Of a stretch of 32,000 nt of DNA, positions 27,579 through 32,000 are shown one piece after another. The notes below the pieces were generated by a model. The model saw only the letters and a program-made list of their open reading frames with translations, had not been told where the DNA came from and searched no databases. This stretch comes from an archaeon (GTDB lineage Archaea > Iainarchaeota > Iainarchaeia > Iainarchaeales > CSSED10-239). Numbering within the stretch: position 1 is the first letter of the stretch; each line of letters starts with the position of its first letter. Made by a program: the position numbers and the translations under genes. The DNA is taken from NCBI GenBank assembly GCA_035390665.1, contig DAOOUC010000001.1, positions 60,001 through 92,000 on the forward strand. The letters run 5' to 3'.

Positions 27579-28013
27579 ATGAAATTTAATAAGAAAGGAC
27601 AAGGTGCACTTGAATACCTATTATTAATCGGTGGTGCAGTATTAATTGCAGTAATTGTAATTGCATTACTTGTTGGTATGGGGTCTCAGAATTCTGAAAA
27701 TTCAAAGACAAGAAACGAAGAAGCAATAAATGCAACAAACGTGCCAACACCATCAGTAGTTAATTCTGTTGTTTGTACCGGCGGAGTTCACGCAGTAAAT
27801 TGGACGGCAGTACACAAAGCAGGAAATGCATACACATTAGTTGTAAATAATGCAGACATGAATGCAACCGTTGGAGGTGTTGTAACTGCAATAAATTCAG
27901 CAACAAATCCAATAATATCACAAGGACCATGTGTTGCAGGAGATCAAGTTGCAATAAAAACAACAAATAACGGAATAAGTGTACTTTCCGCGACAGTAAT
28001 TACAGATAATTAA
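27579..28013 (+). CDS. Archaeal type IV pilin, class III signal peptide (paralog 1)
   Basis: GGAGG Shine-Dalgarno; MKFNKKGQGALEYLLLIGGAVLIAVIVIALLVGMGSQNSENSKTRNEEA.... Confidence 0.9.
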   Translation: MKFNKKGQGALEYLLLIGGAVLIAVIVIALLVGMGSQNSENSKTRNEEAINATNVPTPSVVNSVVCTGGVHAVNWTAVHKAGNAYTLVVNNADMNATVGGVVTAINSATNPIISQGPCVAGDQVAIKTTNNGISVLSATVITDN

Positions 28014-28198
28014 ATGAATAATTAATTAAAAATTAAAATGAGGGATAAAAAATGAAATTTAATAAGAAAGGTCAAGGTGCACTTGAGTACCTTTTATTAA
28101 TCGGCGGAGCCGTATTAATTGCGGTAATTGTAATTGCATTACTTGTTGGTATGGGTTCTCAGAATTCTGAAAATTCAAAAACAAGAAACGAAGAAGCA
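27579..28198 (+). repeat. Tandem duplication of the pilin 5' segment (27579-27725 and 28052-28198)
   Basis: 147 nt aligned with 9 third-position synonymous differences by eye and no amino-acid change. Confidence 0.85.
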
Positions 28199-28486
28199 AT
28201 GGCAGCAACTAATATTCCAATTCCATCCGTAATCAATTCAGTAAATTGTGACGATACTAATCACTTTATTGTTAATTGGACGGCAGTAAACAAAGCAGGA
28301 AATGAATATGATCTGATAATAAACTACACAACGACAGACACAGTATCAATTTCAGCAACAACAAATCCAATTGTTTCAGTAGATACAACCTGTAGCATAA
28401 ACGATGTAGTTGCAATTAAGACAACAAATCAAAATAATGCAGGAGCAGATGTAAGTGTACTTTCTGCAACAGCAACAGTGAAGTAG
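28052..28486 (+). CDS. Archaeal type IV pilin, class III signal peptide (paralog 2)
   Basis: First 49 aa identical to paralog 1; homologous but diverged C-terminal domain. Confidence 0.9.
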   Translation: MKFNKKGQGALEYLLLIGGAVLIAVIVIALLVGMGSQNSENSKTRNEEAMAATNIPIPSVINSVNCDDTNHFIVNWTAVNKAGNEYDLIINYTTTDTVSISATTNPIVSVDTTCSINDVVAIKTTNQNNAGADVSVLSATATVK

Positions 28487-28560
28487 ATGTAAATTTTAGA
28501 GAAATATTAAAATATTTCTCTTTTAATATTTTTTAAAAATAATAAATAAAAAGGGTAATT

Positions 28561-29439
28561 ATGATAAAAAAACTAAATTCTAAAGGTCAAGGAGCACTTG
28601 AGTATTTATTAATAATTGGAGGTGTTGTTTTAGTTGCTGTTGTTGTAGTTGCCCTTCTAATTGGAATGAGCTCAGAAAACACAGAAAATTCAAAGCAACA
28701 AAGTAAAGAATTTATTGCTTCAACTGATTTAGCATTACCTTCTACATTATTATCTGTAATTTGTAAGGAAAAAGCGGGAAATGACGAATATGTTGTGAAA
28801 TGGAATCCAACGCATAAAGAAGGATACGAATACACTGTTCTTTTTGATGATAAACCAATAATATTTATTAATACAAATCCAAATTTTGATTTAACACCAG
28901 CAGATAATCCAATTGTTTTTACTTTTGCAGATCACAACACTACTGCAAATCCAAGTAATCCAATAGTAGCAGAATGTGCAAATCTTGGTTCTGAAGCAAT
29001 ATCAATAAAAACAACAAATACAGAAAACGATACAACGGCGGTATCAAATAGAGTATTCATTAAACCACAAGCAGCAGGAACACCAGGTGGCGGTAGCACA
29101 GTAGAAGATAGTTTAAGTTTTAATAAAGAAAGTAAAATATTAACTTTAACATTAAGTACCGATTTAATTTTACCTCTCGAACCTCCCATATATTTTAGAT
29201 TTTATGATGATGGCGAAGCCACTTTAATAGAATCTGATGCAGATCAAACTAGGGACAAAATAAATGAAGATGGATCAAGTCCATATTTTATAAATGTAGA
29301 GGATATTGGTTTGAATCCCGATGAGATCTGTAGTTTATTTAATTCTTCAAAGATATATATTTTTAGAATAGTACGTCAAGATGGAGATATTACTTTAAAA
29401 ACAATATCGTTTTCAAATATGACTTTTACCGGATGTTAG
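28561..29439 (+). CDS. Long two-domain pilin-like protein (292 aa), class III signal peptide
   Basis: NSKGQGALEYLLIIGGVVLVAVVVVALLIGMSSENTENSKQ, a pilin domain (VVKWNPTHKEGYEYTVLF...AISIKTTNTEN), a PGGGST linker and an extra C-terminal domain. Confidence 0.85.
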   Translation: MIKKLNSKGQGALEYLLIIGGVVLVAVVVVALLIGMSSENTENSKQQSKEFIASTDLALPSTLLSVICKEKAGNDEYVVKWNPTHKEGYEYTVLFDDKPIIFINTNPNFDLTPADNPIVFTFADHNTTANPSNPIVAECANLGSEAISIKTTNTENDTTAVSNRVFIKPQAAGTPGGGSTVEDSLSFNKESKILTLTLSTDLILPLEPPIYFRFYDDGEATLIESDADQTRDKINEDGSSPYFINVEDIGLNPDEICSLFNSSKIYIFRIVRQDGDITLKTISFSNMTFTGC

Positions 29440-29446
29440 TTAATTT

Positions 29447-29890
29447 ATGAACTCAAAAGGACAAGGTGCATTGGAATATCTCCTAATAATAGGCGGGGCA
29501 ATTGTAGTTGCAGTTATTGCTGTAAGTATAATTGTTTCTCTTAGCCAAAGAAATTCTCAAAATGCAACTGAAAAGAATCAAGAGTTTGAAACTTTTATAG
29601 ATAATACAATTATACCACCAGTTGTTTTAACAGTAGATTGTAATAAAGCGGCGTCTCAAGTTGTGGTATCTATTAATAAATCTCCAACACCAGGGGTGAC
29701 AAGGTATTGTTTAGTTTATAATAATGGAACACCAACAGGTTGTAGAGCATTAGCCGCTGGCAATATATTAACCTACACTCAAACAATTGCAGATTATAAT
29801 AAGCAATCAATATCTATATCGGCAGATAAGAACGGAATTGCATATTCTCAACCATCTATGCCATCAATTGATTGTATACCTCATAATTAA
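29447..29890 (+). CDS. Archaeal type IV pilin, class III signal peptide
   Basis: MNSKGQGALEYLLIIGGAIVVAVIAVSIIVSLSQRNSQNATEKNQEFE... Confidence 0.88.
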   Translation: MNSKGQGALEYLLIIGGAIVVAVIAVSIIVSLSQRNSQNATEKNQEFETFIDNTIIPPVVLTVDCNKAASQVVVSINKSPTPGVTRYCLVYNNGTPTGCRALAAGNILTYTQTIADYNKQSISISADKNGIAYSQPSMPSIDCIPHN

Positions 29891-29898
29891 AATAAAAT

Positions 29899-30090
29899 TT
29901 GAAAACAATGTATAAAAGATTAATAAATGATAAAAAAGCACAAATCTCTGTTGAGTATCTAATCATGATTGTTTTTGGAACAATGCTTGTTATTATCACA
30001 GGAATAATTATTGTTAATCTAAGTACATTAATCACAATTGCAAAAACTAAGATTCTAAATTATAGGGATAATATACTTGCAACATTATAA
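29899..30090 (+). CDS. Short class III signal peptide protein (about 60 aa)
   Basis: NDKKAQISVEYLIMIVFGTMLVIITGIIIVNLSTLITIAKTKI; the actual ATG may be the internal one at 29908. Confidence 0.75.
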   Translation: MKTMYKRLINDKKAQISVEYLIMIVFGTMLVIITGIIIVNLSTLITIAKTKILNYRDNILATL

Positions 30091-30101
30091 TTAGTATTAT
30101 T

Positions 30102-31169
30102 ATGTTTTATTTATCTTTAATCTTGTTTACTTTAATTTTTCTTATAATTGCTTGTATCTCTGATTTAAAATCAAGAGAGATTTCAAATAAATTAATCTTA
30201 TTTTTTTTAATATTTGGTATAATTCTAAAATTAGGATATAGTATTATTACTAGGAATTATTCCATAGTGTTTGGTGCATTATTGTCTTTAGTTTTAACTT
30301 TTGTTGTCTTTTATATATTATGGGAATTAGGAGTTATTGCTGGAGGAGATTTTAAGCTTTTCTTAGTGCTTTCTATTCTAATCCCAAATATTAATTTGCC
30401 ATTTAATCTCTCAAGTATTTGGTTTCCAGCCTTTGTTTTCGTAATAAGCTTATTTATGTTACTGCCATGGATAATAATATATTCTATTTATTTTATTGTA
30501 GTAAAAAAATATTATTTAGATCTATTTAAACTGTGGATATCAAAATCAAATTTAATATCAATGGGTGATTCAATAGCAGTAATCTTTTTGATATCACTAC
30601 TGTATTCTTTATTTAGTAAGGTAACAGTTCTAATTCTTTTATTTGCATCATTTGTATTTACTATATTAATTTACAAAATAAAAAACAAGAAAATCTTTTA
30701 TTCTGTTTTATTAGGATTTTATAGTTTTACAATTGTTGCTTTAGTTTTAGAAAATCAGATTAGAGCAATATCTTTAACTAATCTTTTAATAACCATTTTG
30801 TTTGTAATTGGATTCTCTATACTTGGAACACTATATAAAATAATAAAAGAAAAAGTACTAATTGAAGTTAAAGCACTCTCTAAACTAAAAGAAGGAGATT
30901 TGCCACTCTACAATTACTATTATAAAAATAAAAAATTAAAGTTAATTAAACCCACAGTTCTAACTAAAATAAAGATGTTATTGAATAATACCTATTATTT
31001 AAATTTAAAGATAGATTCTTCTAAAGCTTGCGGAATAACCAAAGAAGACATTCTATTTTTAAAAGGTATGTATAAAAATAATTTAATAAGCTCTAAAATA
31101 TATTTAAAAAAGACTCTGGCATTTGTTCCAGCAGTTTTATTAGCATATATTTTAGTAATAATAATTTAG
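30102..31169 (+). CDS. Type IV prepilin / preflagellin-type aspartic peptidase (A24 family)
   Basis: ISDLKSREISNKLILFFLIFG (first Asp) and VIAGGDFKLFLVLSI (GxGD-like second Asp) in a multi-pass membrane protein. Confidence 0.82.
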   Translation: MFYLSLILFTLIFLIIACISDLKSREISNKLILFFLIFGIILKLGYSIITRNYSIVFGALLSLVLTFVVFYILWELGVIAGGDFKLFLVLSILIPNINLPFNLSSIWFPAFVFVISLFMLLPWIIIYSIYFIVVKKYYLDLFKLWISKSNLISMGDSIAVIFLISLLYSLFSKVTVLILLFASFVFTILIYKIKNKKIFYSVLLGFYSFTIVALVLENQIRAISLTNLLITILFVIGFSILGTLYKIIKEKVLIEVKALSKLKEGDLPLYNYYYKNKKLKLIKPTVLTKIKMLLNNTYYLNLKIDSSKACGITKEDILFLKGMYKNNLISSKIYLKKTLAFVPAVLLAYILVIII

Positions 31170-31180
31170 GTGAATAATAC

Positions 31181-31639
31181 ATGAAAAAAGGACAACTTTC
31201 AATTGAAGTTATAATATTATTAGCAATATTTTTACTTTTTTTTCAAGCAATGATTCTACCGTCAATTGAATTTGCAGAAAATACAATAAAAGATACTCAC
31301 GCTATTGTTCAAACAAAGAAAGGCATAGATGGTTTAGCAGACAATATAGAACAATTTTCAAATAGTGCAGGATACGGTAAAAGACATATGTTTTTCTATA
31401 TTCCAAATAACACAATAATTACAGATTGTAATAATACAAATAAAACTATAAATTATGAAATAAGAATATCAACACAAAAGCCAACCCCAATTGGCTGTGA
31501 TGTTAACGGACTATGTAAGTTTTCTAAACAATTGTATATAACTAACGATTTTTCATGTACAAAGATCGGGCCAGGATATAATAGCAATATCTTTATAGAA
31601 AAAACAGATGAAGGCGAAATAGATATATCTTCTGAATAA
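31181..31639 (+). CDS. Class III signal peptide pilin-like protein
   Basis: MKKGQLSIEVIILLAIFLLFFQAMILPSIEFAENTI... Confidence 0.8.
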   Translation: MKKGQLSIEVIILLAIFLLFFQAMILPSIEFAENTIKDTHAIVQTKKGIDGLADNIEQFSNSAGYGKRHMFFYIPNNTIITDCNNTNKTINYEIRISTQKPTPIGCDVNGLCKFSKQLYITNDFSCTKIGPGYNSNIFIEKTDEGEIDISSE

Positions 31640-31654
31640 GAAAGTGAATAGCAA

Positions 31655-31993
31655 ATGAAAAAAGGACAAGTAAGTATAGAATATGTGATTGTTATTGCAG
31701 TTATCTTAATCTTAACTGTATTTTTTGCTAATCTTACATTTGATACAACAGACACAACAAAATCCATAGCTAAAATAAAATTAAGAACGCTTGATCTAAT
31801 TACATTAAATGATTCTAATGCAACTCTTTTAAATGTGGAGAACACGATTGTAGATTCTAATCTGAATTTAAAACTATACATTAAAGATGGATTACAGTTA
31901 AATCTAACAGATCAAAACTACACAGAAGTAATAAATAATATAAAAGAAACAACTTATTATGAAAATATTAATTTAAGTTTTGAATATAACTGA
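31655..31993 (+). CDS. Class III signal peptide pilin-like protein
   Basis: MKKGQVSIEYVIVIAVILILTVFFANLTFDTTDTTKSIAKIKL...; complete at 112 aa near the right edge. Confidence 0.8.
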   Translation: MKKGQVSIEYVIVIAVILILTVFFANLTFDTTDTTKSIAKIKLRTLDLITLNDSNATLLNVENTIVDSNLNLKLYIKDGLQLNLTDQNYTEVINNIKETTYYENINLSFEYN

Positions 31994-32000
31994 GGTAATA

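Overview
AT-rich archaeal chromosomal window, DPANN-like in character: TFE, aTrm56, Cdc48/VAT, small RFC subunit, archaeal class III signal peptide pilins and an archaeal-type initiator tRNA. The lineage is inferred from gene content only. Left to right it contains: a bacterial-type mutL/mutS pair (minus strand) directly downstream of a tRNA-Lys/tRNA-Lys/tRNA-Phe cluster; trm56; tfe; tRNA-iMet; a very AT-rich accessory-like module with an iteron/operator-like GTAATTAC box array in front of a small wHTH-like ORF, an orphan ORF, a PRC-barrel protein and a Xer-type recombinase; an unusual ribonucleotide reductase (RNR) island; cdc48/vat; topA; an Lrp/AsnC regulator; a MiaB-like enzyme; rfcS; and a large archaeal type IV pilus locus with one ATPase, two TadC-like membrane proteins, eight class III signal peptide proteins and a prepilin peptidase. 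The RNR island is the most notable part. NrdD carries a LAGLIDADG-type intein at the GFQ|TPFSN site. Its glycyl-radical loop (RVVGYVRRIDAWNYGKQAEF) lies in a separate 48-aa ORF beyond an in-frame TAA. Downstream of nrdG is a 682-aa protein with an ATP-cone and class I/II RNR large-subunit architecture in which the recognisable catalytic residues appear replaced, a candidate pseudo-RNR. Three genes are missing from the supplied ORF track: edge-truncated mutL, the 48-aa glycyl-radical ORF and a 57-aa pilin-like ORF at 27274. All calls are from reading motifs; no database search was run.
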